A DNA stretch of 62,936 nucleotides, counting the filler, from Rhabdomonas costata (Eukaryota), in the NCBI GenBank assembly GCA_019059605.1. It is 41 parts of 41 records of this genome, joined end to end, with 100 filler letters (N's around TTAATTAATTAA, not from the genome) between each part and the next. Parts side by side here need not be neighbours in the genome. Positions count along the whole stretch, not along the records: positions 1 to 1,437 come from JAHMHO010015949.1; positions 1,538 to 2,975 come from JAHMHO010015950.1; positions 3,076 to 4,513 come from JAHMHO010015951.1; positions 4,614 to 6,051 come from JAHMHO010015952.1; positions 6,152 to 7,590 come from JAHMHO010015953.1; positions 7,691 to 9,127 come from JAHMHO010015954.1; positions 9,228 to 10,665 come from JAHMHO010015955.1; positions 10,766 to 12,203 come from JAHMHO010015956.1; 33 more parts are not named here. One strand, given 5' to 3'. Of this stretch, positions 1 through 11,677 are shown one piece after another (the first letter of the stretch is position 1; each line of letters starts with the position of its first letter). Made by a program: the position numbers and the translations under genes. Under the pieces are notes generated by a model, which was not told the DNA's origin, made no database searches, and saw only the letters and a list, made by a program, of their open reading frames with translations.

Positions 1-465
1 TTTTGTGTTTCACTGTGAAAGTGTACGGTTTGTGATCTTGCCTATCTCTGCCTGTATGTAGCACTCTGCCTTGCGTTCCCGACTTTTTTTTTGCCCCCTT
101 TTGTATCTACAACAGACCGTATCAAAAACCGAGGGATTGGATGATCCGTGCGAAAAAAGACACACTACCCAGTTCCGCAACCAGCGGCAAAAACAGGGAA
201 AAGCTAAGCTCAAAATAAACTTTTCTTTTTGAGGATGCAACGGACCAATTTCTGAGTTTGGGGTGTAACTATGCATTTTTGGCTTCAGGTTCGTAGGCGA
301 AATTCAAACACAGCTGACAAATCCCAAACAAAAACATGAAAGAGAGAAACGCTGGTGTGTATTGGGAATGCCTTGTTAGACGCTGGACTTCGGTGTTGTA
401 GCACTGCCACGTTACCTTCCCACCCACCCTGCTTGCCCTCCCTTTGCACGAACGCACGTTTGCAG

Positions 466-1045
466 GTGATTGCTGCGATAGAGGTGATTGTGAACGGCCC
501 TAACAAGGCTCTGACAATGAAGGACTGCTTCAAGCTCTTCGATCCCTCGGACTGCGGGTACATCATCCAGGTCTGCGCGCGGTTCCCGGGAGCTTAGTCC
601 TCTGTGCTGTGCCTGGTGAAACGTAACCTTTCGCGTTTTTATGCCAAGGGATTGGGCAGGTGGAGCGGGCATTAGCGCATTTCAAACGTGCCTCTGATTG
701 AAAGCCTATTTGGTCCATATGTTTTATTTCCGCCCACGATGACGCCTCGCGGCTGCCTCTCTGGACTTTGCTGTGTGCTGAGGCTGTGTTGGAGGAAAAA
801 GAAGTGAAGATGGTGTTGAAGTTTCGAACGGTCAACGGGAACCGAGGAGAAAGTACAGGAAGCGTGTTCGAAACTTCGTCTGAGTGAGTACCGCTGTAAG
901 GTAACTCGCTGGTATATGGTGAGATCGCTCTTCGAAGCGAGTACAGATATATTCCAATGACTCAATCCCTCCTTCTCAGCCGGGACTGCGGGAGCTCAAG
1001 GTGCAGCGCCTGGAGACCGATGGGATAAACCACATGATGGTGAAG
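466..1045 (+). CDS. EF-hand calcium-binding protein, two internal exons (466-570, 980-1045)
   Basis: AG/GT-bounded, phase-compatible exons giving ALTMKDCFKLFDPSDCGYIIQ|PGLRELK, an EF-hand loop (DxxxxGYI). Confidence 0.7.
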
Positions 1046-1437
1046 GTTGTGGGGGGGGCTACCTCTCTCTCACACTCCGCTGCTCTGCAATGTCTTTTTT
1101 TGCTTTTGTCACGCGCTTCTTCAATCTTCAATTCACCATTCTGCGATCTGAAGTCATGCGGCCCACTGGCACTTCGGTACAGTAATGTTCAGAGGGCTTG
1201 AATGCCTCTGCCGTTTTTATTGGCATTGTTCTGGAAAACTGTGTCTCCTGTGTTCCACGACTTTGGATGGTAGGTGTGACAAGATTTGAGTGGCCCCGTG
1301 AATTCACTGCATCGCAAACGCATTTCGAAATCACATTTTGGATCTCATTTTCCGTTCCCTCCCATCCTTCCATTTCTCCTTCACTTCATGTTCTCCCATC
1401 TTTTCGTTCGGCGGAAATTTGAGGCCGCGCGACTTAA

Positions 1438-1537
1438 NNNNNNNNNNNNNNNNNNNNNNNNNNNNNNNNNNNNNNNNNNNNTTAATTAATTAANNNNNNN
1501 NNNNNNNNNNNNNNNNNNNNNNNNNNNNNNNNNNNNN
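1438..1537. other. Artificial contig linker (first of 40; recurs about every 1.54 kb up to ~61.4 kb)
   Basis: 44 N + TTAATTAATTAA (stop in all six frames) + 44 N; the contigs between linkers are all about 1.44 kb. Confidence 0.98.
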
Positions 1538-2011
1538 GGGTGGGTGGCTGTTTTGTGTTTGTGTGAATTTATTAAAAGGGAAGCCCACCTGGCGCAGGTG
1601 TTGGGTTGACGCTGTCATTACGACGCTATCATTACCTTTTAATAAATTCACACAAACACAAAACAGTCACCCTCAAGGGAACCATCCCAACTTTGCGCGG
1701 TGCGGGGCTAGAAAAAATTGCATGGTAGCAGCGCTGCATCCCGCAAAATGTTTCGGAAGAAGAACGGATGAAGAACACATGAAATTAAAATTGACAGATT
1801 CTGCTAAATTCACCGTTTACCTGGCAATAATATTGCTACAGAAAAAAGTGAACTGTTGCAGAACCAGCAGAAATTGCGTCACAGTGTATCAAATTTGGAC
1901 AGAGAGTCGAATCGTCTCCACGCAGACCGTCCATAATCACACACGGCGATGGATCCACGAAGCAAACGCCGCTGGAGTCAGACCGGGGCAGGCGTCGTTG
2001 CCACTCCTGGG

Positions 2012-2146
2012 TTACCGAGTGGTGGTCACGGCATCATGGATCGCGTCGGCCAGAATTCCGCAGTTTTGGCTGGTCAACCCCGCGATGGATACACGACCAT
2101 CTTTTGGGAAGGCGTAGACGTGGTACTTCTGGATCATTCGCTCACA
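2012..2146 (-). CDS. Aspartate aminotransferase, terminal exon
   Basis: CERMIQKYHVYAFPKDGRVSIAGLTSQNCGILADAIHDAV* matches the AAT C-terminal HxY..DGRIS.AGL motif; CAG acceptor, TAA stop. Confidence 0.85.
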   Translation of the reverse strand, partial: CERMIQKYHVYAFPKDGRVSIAGLTSQNCGILADAIHDAVTTTR

Positions 2147-2595
2147 CTGTGCGAGGAAACACGACCACCAGAACGAGTCGTGACACCATGGCACCGAACC
2201 CGTGTGTGTGTGTGCGGACATTTGTGCCCAAACCATGGATGTGTGTGTGCACGCACTTGTTTATATTCTGCGGGACAATGGTCAGCTTCTCATTTTACTG
2301 TTATCTTGCGAATCATACAAAACACAGGAATGCCAGCAGCAAAAAACAAAGAGCCCATAATGAAAACACAAAGCTTTCTGGGCATAATTATATTTAGCGC
2401 ACCCCCCCGCCTTGGAACCCACAAGTAAGTGTCCACAGCAAAGCCACAGAAAAGTAACGGAAGATTTCCCCAGATACTAGAGGAAAACTCTCAAACAGGG
2501 GCCGTGAAAATTTTGAGAAGCTCATCAAGATACAAGTCCATTCACGTACCCGCGGAACTAGGCCCCCCGGACACCGATCTGCTCCTGCCAATAGT

Positions 2596-2797
2596 CTATC
2601 GGGATCCCAGGGAACACGTGCATCGCTCCCTAACTCCCACAGACCTTCTATTGGGATCCCAGGGGACACATTCATCGCTCCCTAACTCTCTGCAAGTGTT
2701 CTGCTGGGATCCCAGGGAACACTTGCATCGCTCCCTAACCCCCCTACAAACCTTCTATTGGGATCTCAGGGAACACTTGCATCTCCCTCTAACCCCC
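2596..2797. repeat. ~53-bp minisatellite, 4 copies
   Basis: Units beginning GGGATC(C/T)CAGGG at 2601, 2653, 2706 and 2760. Confidence 0.9.
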
Positions 2798-3274
2798 TTA
2801 GAGTCTTCTACCTTCTACTTTGCAGAACGAGCCGGCGGCTCGACTGCTGCGGGGGGGGGGGAGCGCTGAGTATAGTGGTAGGGGGGATACGCTATGTATA
2901 TTAGTACCGCTTTCTGCCAGGGGCTGAGACCATGGGGGAAAGCGGTACTAATATACATAGCGTATCCCCCCAACCNNNNNNNNNNNNNNNNNNNNNNNNN
3001 NNNNNNNNNNNNNNNNNNNTTAATTAATTAANNNNNNNNNNNNNNNNNNNNNNNNNNNNNNNNNNNNNNNNNNNNGGTTTTTGTTTTTTTAATGTAAAGC
3101 CATGATCTATAAATCATTGTTCGTCATTTCCTTCATCATATTTGAAATCAGATATATTTTTATGAAATGTTATTCTTTTTTCAAAGAAATAATAGGCATC
3201 CAAATCTATATAATCTCGAAATGAAATTGCACAATATGGTATACTTGCCGGTATATTTACAATTATTACAGAAA

Positions 3275-3664
3275 CTAATGTTTTCTCTTCTCTTCTCTTC
3301 TCTTTGTTTCATTGAATTTTGTTATTATTTCACCAAATATACGTTCATAAAAATTCTTTTTGTTTTGTATAAATAAATTAACGTCATCTTCTGTTATAAT
3401 GTATGTATTAAATTTAATTGGATGAAAAATATATGCAGATATATTGTTGTAATCAATTAATGCGAATGTTACACATTTCTTTTTATATTGTTTATAAAAT
3501 TTGTGACATGCACAAGGTAATACTGTATTTGATTTTTGACGTTCAACTATTTTGTTAAAATCATAAAATAAATTTGTAACAAATAATTCATTGTTTTTAT
3601 TACATCTATTTATTTTTTTATTATCTAAAAAAGATAATATAATTGATGAATGATCAATATCCAT
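3275..3664 (-). CDS. AT-rich intronless hypothetical protein, giant-virus-like
   Basis: 129-aa ORF rich in N/K/I/Y; AAAATTGA on the same strand 60 nt upstream; same contig as the RPB5 fragment. Confidence 0.45.
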   Translation of the reverse strand: MDIDHSSIILSFLDNKKINRCNKNNELFVTNLFYDFNKIVERQKSNTVLPCACHKFYKQYKKKCVTFALIDYNNISAYIFHPIKFNTYIITEDDVNLFIQNKKNFYERIFGEIITKFNETKRREEKRKH

Positions 3665-3723
3665 TTTTATTTATTTACTTTATTTGTTTTGTGTTATTTG
3701 TATATCTTGTAACAATATTATTT

Positions 3724-3731
3724 TCAATTTT
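3724..3731 (-). promoter_or_regulatory. AAAATTGA Mimiviridae-type early promoter motif
   Basis: Exact motif upstream of the ATG at 3664. Confidence 0.5.
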
Positions 3732-4143
3732 TATTCAAAAATATAAAATTAAATATTTTATATTTTTATTCTCCATATACATTTATATTATTTTGTCTTG
3801 CTAATTCTCTTATCCTAATAAAACAATCAGAACAATGAGGTAAACTATGTCGTCCTACAATGTACAGTATATTTCTAAAATATATAATTTAATATTTTAT
3901 ATTTTTATTCTCCATATACACCTATATCATTCTGCAAGAAAGTAAGAATACATGCCTCAGGCACTACAGTGATACACCCAATAATATATATTAATGATAT
4001 ATTGATATGATATATGATATCAATATATTATTATATTATATTATTATTATATTTATTATTATATTTATTTAAATAAATATAAATTTAATAAATATTTAAT
4101 AAATATTAATTGATATACTATAAATAAATAGCTGATTCAATAA

Positions 4144-4413
4144 GAGAAAAATTTCAATAATATTGAAATATTTTTAGAAAGAGAATTTACGATAAATTTT
4201 GTAGATCATGTACTTGTACCTCAACATACTGTATTATCAGATAAAGAAAGTCAACAAATAATGAAAGAATACAATATTGAAAAAAAACAAATGCCTAAAA
4301 TATTTAGAAGTGATCCTGTCGCAAGATGTAATAATATGAAAGAAGGTTCTGTATGTAGAATAATACGAAATAGTAGTTTATCAGGTCATTCTATATATTA
4401 CAGACGTGTTGTT
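4144..4413 (+). pseudogene. rpb5: RNA polymerase subunit RPB5 C-terminal domain, 5'-truncated, NCLDV-like
   Basis: IEIFLEREFTINFVDHVLVPQHTVLS...MPKIFRSDPVARC...GSVCRIIRNSSLSGHSIYYRRVV; in-frame TAA at 4141, no N-terminal domain, no stop after YRRVV, very AT-rich. Confidence 0.85.
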
Positions 4414-4431
4414 TTTAAATTATTTATCGTA

Positions 4432-4439
4432 AAAATTGA
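4432..4439 (+). promoter_or_regulatory. AAAATTGA motif, likely promoter of the next viral-type gene
   Basis: Exact motif immediately after the RPB5 homology. Confidence 0.45.
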
Positions 4440-4964
4440 AAAATATATTAATTACATATCTCATTGTATATCAAATAATCGTCTTCCACCCAACACCAAA
4501 CTCACCTAACACANNNNNNNNNNNNNNNNNNNNNNNNNNNNNNNNNNNNNNNNNNNNTTAATTAATTAANNNNNNNNNNNNNNNNNNNNNNNNNNNNNNN
4601 NNNNNNNNNNNNNCGAACGCACACTATATGCACGTCAAAAAGCTCGTGTGGCCACCGGCGCAGACTGTTTTTAGGCAAGTTTTACGGAAAGCTGTCACCC
4701 TGCAAATCGCCTCCAAACCATAAATGCACACAAAAAAACACATAAATTGGGGAGCAGAGGCGACTCCAGATATACGATGTGCAAGGAGAGAAGGGTAAAA
4801 GTGGGCGAGAAAGCCGACGATACTGACGTTTCCCTAGATAAAATAAGGATTGGAAAGAGAAAGGGCCCACTTGTGCACGTGAACATGCCCAGAAAACATA
4901 CCCGTTGACCCGGTTGGGTAAAGACAGGGTGGGGGGCGGCAGAAAAAGGTGCCATTGCACTCAC

Positions 4965-5838
4965 CAAATGCTGATGTTGGTGCGGCACATGGTGCCGGAG
5001 GAGATGAACTGGCATGTGGAATTGCAGCAGTCATTGGGAGGGTCACAGGATTCCCCTCGCGCGGGCTCGACAAGACCGTTTCCACAGAAGCCTGCACCCA
5101 CGAACACTGGTACACTTCCCAACCGTTCCTTTCCTACCAAAAAGGTTCGCGCGCCCGCACGACTCTCACACCAGCACCACGACGCAATGGGCCCGCACAC
5201 ATACCCACGAAAGAGAGCAAGGGGGATGTGATTCCAACCATATCGTTGACCGTTCTCTCCCTTGAACACTTGAGCAGATGATGGCTTCCTGTTTTTCAAA
5301 CGATGTGGGCACAACAGTGGGAAAGTTCGCGAGCGGCCGTCAACAGAGGACGATCCAGAAGCGAGGAAGGACCGTAACAGCTGTGATCCGCAATCAACCA
5401 CGGAAATATGAAATGGCACATGACCAGGGCGCTTTGGAGAAATTCGCGGAAACACACACGCACCGCACAGAAGAGACTCGTAGGAAACCGTGAAGGCCCG
5501 GCAGGGCGGGTTCAACAGATACCTTCCCCAAGGCACTCTCCTCCGACACACTGGTCGCCGGCTGTGTAAGGGTTGTGGTCGTCGCACAGCCACCCGTCGG
5601 GGCGGCTGCGGGTGCTGGGGCAGTTCTCCCCAGTTCCAGTGCAGAACGTGGGGCTGTCGCAGGGCCGCGTAGTGTCGGGCAGTCGGCACAGCTGGGAGTA
5701 GGGGGCGTAGCCATCTATAGGGCAGTCCGGGTTGACCCCGTCGCAGGTCTCCGCTACATCGCAGTCCCCAAACTTGGGTCGACATTCCTTGGTCAGCATT
5801 AGGTCCTGAGGGCAGTCAGCGCTGCTCCCGGTGCAGAC
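4965..5838 (-). CDS. Disintegrin (ADAM-like) repeat protein, exons 5838-5523 and 5091-4965
   Basis: CRPKFGDCDVAETCDGVNPDCPID, CDSPTFCTGTGENCP and FCGNGLVEPARGESCD...CCNSTCQF; phase-1 GT-AG junction. Confidence 0.85.
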
Positions 5839-6789
5839 CTGGAGTAGAACAAAAATGTGAACAAGAACGCATGCGCGACTGCTGCAATCAAACACAGTCG
5901 CATATCAGTCGTCGAGCCCGATTGCAATGGTGCGATGTAACCAACACAAGCTGAGAGTCGGGGGGGGGGGATGAGCACTTCCCACCCCTTCTCTCACATG
6001 ACAGTCATCTCAAGTAGACGCCGGTGAAGCACTACCCTCCCACAAACCCCCNNNNNNNNNNNNNNNNNNNNNNNNNNNNNNNNNNNNNNNNNNNNTTAAT
6101 TAATTAANNNNNNNNNNNNNNNNNNNNNNNNNNNNNNNNNNNNNNNNNNNNTGTTGTGTGTTTTGCATCACAGTAGTCGTATGTGCTTTGAATGTGTGGT
6201 GCTCTCCAAAGCCGGGGGCACGAGCGCGGACCATTTTCTCGGCTTTGCTGTGTACGAACAGGTGTCTGGTTGACCTTAGTCTGTTTTGTTACAGAGGGTT
6301 GCAATTTTGGCGATCTCCATGCTTAACGAAAACCCCCACTGGGAGCTTCGTGCTAAGCACGGGAAAATGCCTTTTCGTTTGAAAACAAAATGGTCGCAGG
6401 GAGTTTATGGAAAAGAAAATCGGTTTGCATGGAGTTGACCGAAGTGACCTCAGTGCGGATGAGCCCATGGCATACACAAATCGAGGAGCTTTATGCAGCT
6501 ATGTTCGTTTTCGCTGATCTTAATCTTTTTGCCACTTTTTTGCCACCCGATAAATGGCTGCTTTTTTTTTGCCTCTCTCATCCCAACACACCGGTACTTC
6601 CTAGAGGACGCCCGGGTAGCACGTTGGGCGTAAAGAGGACAGCAGCAAGGCAAATGTCAAAAATTGCCGCTCTCTGGGCATGCTACGTCGTGCTGGTTCA
6701 CGAGGCGGGGTTCTGGGCATCCTCTGTTTTGTCCTTTTCAAGTATTAGTTTGCCCATTTTCTGATTCTTTTGGAAGAGTTTTCCCTGAG

Positions 6790-7590
6790 ATGATGGTCCA
6801 CCTTCCCGAGGTCGCATTGGTTTGCATCTTTCGTATCCTTCCCCATGCTACACAACTCAGCCTCAGGCTGGTGTGCCGTCAGTTTCAATCCTCGTGGATG
6901 AGGTCCTCGCTTCCACGTGGAAAATTGTTCTGGACCTCTCCGAAACGGACGATGTTCAAACCTTGCGTCAGGGCCTGCGGCTGCGTTGCTGTGCTGCCCA
7001 AATCTCTGGGGAAGACGTGAAGTTCCTTCGGTTCCTCTACAAATCCATAGCTGCGGGGATAGGCACTGACTGTTCATAGTGCCTGTTTCCCAATCTGACT
7101 TCCCTCGATGTCAGCAACTCGTGGGCGGGTGACGACGGGATGAACATGCTTGCTGCCGTTTTATTTCCAAACCTCACGTCATTGAGTGTGTGGCGCAACG
7201 GCTTCGGAGACAAGGGCATGCAGGTCCTCGCGTCTTCTTTCTTTTCCCAATTTGGAATCCCTAAATATAGGACAAAACTGTATCCAGGCTGCGGGAGTGT
7301 CTTCCTTGATTGAAGTTGATGTCTTTGGACGTGAGCGGCAACGACGTTGCTCTCAACTCCGGTGCTCCTCCTCTTCCTCCAGGAGACGGTGAGCGGCCTC
7401 CCTCGCATGTGGGCCCTGCGCTCCCTGGTGTTCTCACCTAGCGCCGGCTGCCTCCGGGTTCCGGGATACACGCTTCGGCGATCCCCTAAAGGAACCCAGG
7501 GCTTCCTGGCCCTTAACACCGAGCACACGCACACACACACATACACGAGATGGGTGACGATGGGTTGAAAGCCCTTGCCTCTTCCACCTC
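6790..7590 (+). pseudogene. F-box/leucine-rich-repeat protein, disrupted
   Basis: F-box LPEVALVCIFRILPHATQLSLRLVCRQF; LRRs FPNLTSLDVSNSWAGDDG, FPNLTSLSVWRNGFGDKG, FPNLESLNIGQNCI; frameshifts near 6888 and 7245, TAG at 7077. Confidence 0.8.
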
Positions 7591-9489
7591 NNNNNNNNNN
7601 NNNNNNNNNNNNNNNNNNNNNNNNNNNNNNNNNNTTAATTAATTAANNNNNNNNNNNNNNNNNNNNNNNNNNNNNNNNNNNNNNNNNNNNGTGTTGGGTG
7701 TGGTTGGTTTGGTTTTTGTCTGTATCTTTTTCGAATACATTCAAAAATCCGGCGGTAAATATAATACATTTGAGTAAATAATTATGTCATCGTGATGGTG
7801 GATAAATGCCAGCCATGATGTGTAAGTTAAAGTTTGTAAATTTTCGATCATGAGGTTATGGATTATATTCCCGTCAAAATTAAAAGGGTACTGCTGCTTA
7901 ATAGGGGACATTGCTTTCATGCAAAAAGCGCGCGTTCGTATAACTAGTTTTGCGGCGTTTAAAATGGAGTGTTGGATAAACTTTTTTTGGGGGTGAGGAG
8001 TACATCGACCTGGTTGCTACACCAAAAAAGTTGTGGCGCTGTTTTCCGGATGATTTGGTTGTAAAATGCCGTCAAGCTCTCTCGGTATGTTTCGCCGAAC
8101 TATTGTTGAAAACACACGCTGGCGGCCATTTGGAAGGAAAAAGTATGGCGGGCGATTGCGCACAACAAGGGCCCCTGAATATATGTGTTGGTTTTTGCGC
8201 CCTTTCTTCGTTCTCTGCATGGGACAAATGTTTTTGGTGGTCGATAAACGTGTAGCCGTATCTGAACGTTAATTGCTATTTATTATTTTTTTCCAAGTGT
8301 TAACGTTTAGCAGTGCGTGACGACCGAGCCTATTTTGGCCACGTTAACCCCGGTGTGTCAACTCTCTCAAAGCATTTATGTTAGCAGAATGGGGTTAGGC
8401 GTCTTTTTACCGCTCCCAGTGATCCCAATAATCCCAGTGCTTTTCAATGCGAATATGTAACTTCCCACGTGCCCACCGCACCACGTTGACGGCGCTGCGC
8501 AGGTGCGACCATACCTTTTTCATGTACAGTCCTACTACGTCCCCATCCCCGCTGTCTTGCTATTTCCACAGGGGTTTTGGAAGAAGAAGAAGCTCAACAA
8601 AGTCTTCCTCAATCTGGAATATGATTTGACCACGCGAAAGCCTGCGACCATTGCCGCGGGTTCCTTTTCACGCGCACGCAGTCGCACAGCCCACCTTTAG
8701 CACTTCCCGACTACATACCCAATAGTTTTTTATCCCTCCCCACAACTAAGAATAAAGATGCAGCCACCCCGCTGATTTCAGCTCAGGAGTGCCGTTACAA
8801 AGAACGGGCGGTGACCAACTGGCGTGACCTGTTTGGGAGATCTTCCTACTATTGTCTGCTTTACCTCAAAAGGTCACAACAAAAAGTGCGCTGTAAATCA
8901 GGCATTTTCGGAAGCTTAAAAAGAGGGGTGAGAAAAATCTGGTCTTAACCTTCTGGTGTTATTTCCTCTTTTCGGCCTTTCACTGTGTGTCTTCGCTTTG
9001 TGTCTTCGCCGACCACATACTTTTGAATTGGCCCGGCTCATATGTTGAAAGGATGTTGCTCTGTTTTGCAATGTCCACACACACACGCACACTTACGCAC
9101 ATGCAGTGCGTGTTTCTCCCCAACACCNNNNNNNNNNNNNNNNNNNNNNNNNNNNNNNNNNNNNNNNNNNNTTAATTAATTAANNNNNNNNNNNNNNNNN
9201 NNNNNNNNNNNNNNNNNNNNNNNNNNNGGTTTTTTGGCCACACCCACTTGTTTTTTCGCCCCCCACTGTGCTCGTTGCCACATCCCAGACCCCAGTCAGT
9301 CTGATGCACCCCCGAGAAGCGAAGTGGTCAGGAAGCGGGGAGCCTTCCCTTTCTGCTATCCCGCTGGACACAGACGAGAGCTCCCCCACAGATGTGTGGC
9401 CGTAGTAATTGTAGTATGTGTGTATGTGTTGCGTGTATGTGTTGTCGACTTCGTGTGCACGGGCCCCTACCCATCTTTTTCTTTTGCAG

Positions 9490-9704
9490 GGGAGGCCACG
9501 TTGCACCAGCACACCCTGACCTCACTGTGTGGGGGCAGCGTGGGCTCGGTGGCGTCGCCCCCGTTCATCCCGAGCACCTCTAGCCCCTTCACCGCGCCGT
9601 CCTACTCCTCGCCGCCCCAGTACACCCCGCAGGCCATGTACTGCTCCCCCTCGCGGCTGCGGGGGCAGCGCGAGGGCAGCGAGGGGCCGGTCTCCGCGAT
9701 TGAG
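9490..9704 (+). CDS. Ser/Pro-rich exon of an unknown protein
   Basis: GC3-rich open segment bounded by ttttgcag and gag|gtgtgc. Confidence 0.6.
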
Positions 9705-11603
9705 GTGTGCCTGTGGTAAATGCATTTGTGGCGAGGCGGGCCCAGTGAAAAGCGGTTGTGCGGGGTGTTCTGTTGAGAATGAGGCAATACATTTTTGGGA
9801 TTACTCACGTTGAACACATTGTTTTGGAACGGCCGCACGTCATTGAATATTCCTGGGCTCGGAATTGGGGTTCGCGTTTGCATGCAAAAGAAAAGCAGTT
9901 TGCCTCAGTTTCTCCAGAAACAGGAGACGTGTCACTTTATCTCTGTGAAGAAATACTACAACAAGCAATTCAGCACTCGGGAGGTACTTGGAGGACACGT
10001 CAAACATGGTTTTTTGGTTTGTAATTTCAGACTTATTTCCCAGCCGTCATTCAAGGTTCAGAAGATTGTCTTGGCGCTGGCCCCCGCAGTGGTTGAGAAA
10101 CACATCCGCTGCAGAAGCTGAATGTGCACAGGGTGCACCACGGACACGTCCACGTGCTCAGGGGCCAGCCGAAAGAAGCAGAGGTGGGCAGCGAAGCTTA
10201 TCCCACCGTCGTGCTCAAGGGGTAGGTTCGTATCAGCGCAGAGATTACGGAGACGCTCAAACCGGTCAGAAGCATCACGATCAAATTGACATGTTATGGC
10301 CTCTTGCACGACAGAGAGCTTCTGATCTGTCCAGGTAGGGCCATCATGGAGCAGTGAGTTTGGCATTTATACTCATTGTGGACTCATAGTGGAGTATGCG
10401 ACCTAGTGAAGGAAGAGGCCCCATGGTTGTAGCAACGCGGAGACCATGGGGAGTAGGGATAGTAGGGATTCCAACGGCGTAGCGAACGTCATTCCTGAGC
10501 GCAGCGACATGTCGGGATTGTGGCTATCCTTCTAGCATGCTTGCAACCTTCCCCTCGGTCTTGCGTGGTGGCCGAAGCATCGCGGAGGTCACCACGCAAA
10601 GAGGGTTGGAAATTACTAGCGTTGCCGAACGATGGGCAGCGAGACCCCTGGCAGCCACCACCACANNNNNNNNNNNNNNNNNNNNNNNNNNNNNNNNNNN
10701 NNNNNNNNNTTAATTAATTAANNNNNNNNNNNNNNNNNNNNNNNNNNNNNNNNNNNNNNNNNNNNTTGGTGAAGCGCCTGACGATCGACAAGCAGGCTGA
10801 GCTCAGGTTTGATTCGCTTTGGCTTACTTTACCGAGTTTCTGTTTTACCGAGGAAATTATAAGCGGGAGTTTTTTTTGGTGGACCTTTTTCTTTGCTGGA
10901 ACCTTGCTGAGTTTTCTCGCTTTGTTTTGGTTAGGAGGGGCTCCGGCATCCTCGTAATAGTGCCGCAGTAATTTTTCGTGTAGTTGTGTCATGCCACTGT
11001 TCTATGTGTGGGCCTCTATATGACTGGGGCTGCTGCTGCTGCTGCTGCTGTCTTCGCCGCCGTCGCCGCTGGTGTGTCGGCGTATGTATAAAGCCTGTTG
11101 AGCAAGTCGGATGCTATCGCACCATCGGAACCCTTCCTCCCTAACTTCTCTGTGCCTTGCAGGCTTGCTCACCTGAGAAAGGGTTTGGGTGCAATAATGG
11201 CCGTGAGGTATGCCCGCAGCAAAGCTCTGAATGGCAACTTTTCTCAGATCAGCCCGCGCTCTGTCTTTATTAACGGCGCTAAGCACGTTATGCAGTCTTT
11301 GGCTTTGCTGTTTGTAGTGCAGTGACTTCTTCCTAGAAATGCGTAATATCACAATCAATATATCAGCATTGGCGTTTCTGCCAATTATCGCGTCGTGGTC
11401 TCAGTGTCTTTGTATATGGCCCGAGCCCTGGGCTTCGACACTCGGGTGGTTCTCTCCGGGCGCCTGGTGCATTCAGAGTTTGCTTGTTTACTCTGGTGCA
11501 AATTCTTGATGCGCGCTTGCGCTGACGAGTCTTTCCTGCTCCGTTTCTGTCTTGCCTTCTCGCTCTGCATGGGTTCCTCTTTTTTTTTTTTGCTCTTTGT
11601 TAG

Positions 11604-11677
11604 GGTCTGGCAAAACCTTGGCCTATCTGATCCCTGCTATGGTCCATATCAGCGCCCAACCCGAGTTGCGGGGTGAG
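11604..11677 (+). CDS. DEAD-box RNA helicase (DDX5/Dbp2-like), motif I exon
   Basis: GSGKTLAYLIPAMVHISAQPELRGE; polypyrimidine-TAG acceptor, GTATGT donor. Confidence 0.85.

Noticed and set aside
1787-1794. AAAATTGA in host-composition DNA (also near 51208)
   Set aside because: No viral context; chance occurrence
2881-2971. Perfect ~34-bp hairpin as a terminator or hairpin telomere
   Set aside because: At the contig end; one of many terminal fold-backs typical of amplification chimeras
8503-8700. Possible exon GFWKKKKLNKVFLNLEYDL with a nonconventional donor
   Set aside because: Frame ambiguous and no recognisable homology to fix the junction
10766-11358. Broken minus-strand ORFs, possibly a TE relic (similar at 14400-14930, 47900-49000, 60028-60750)
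   Set aside because: No diagnostic motif recognised
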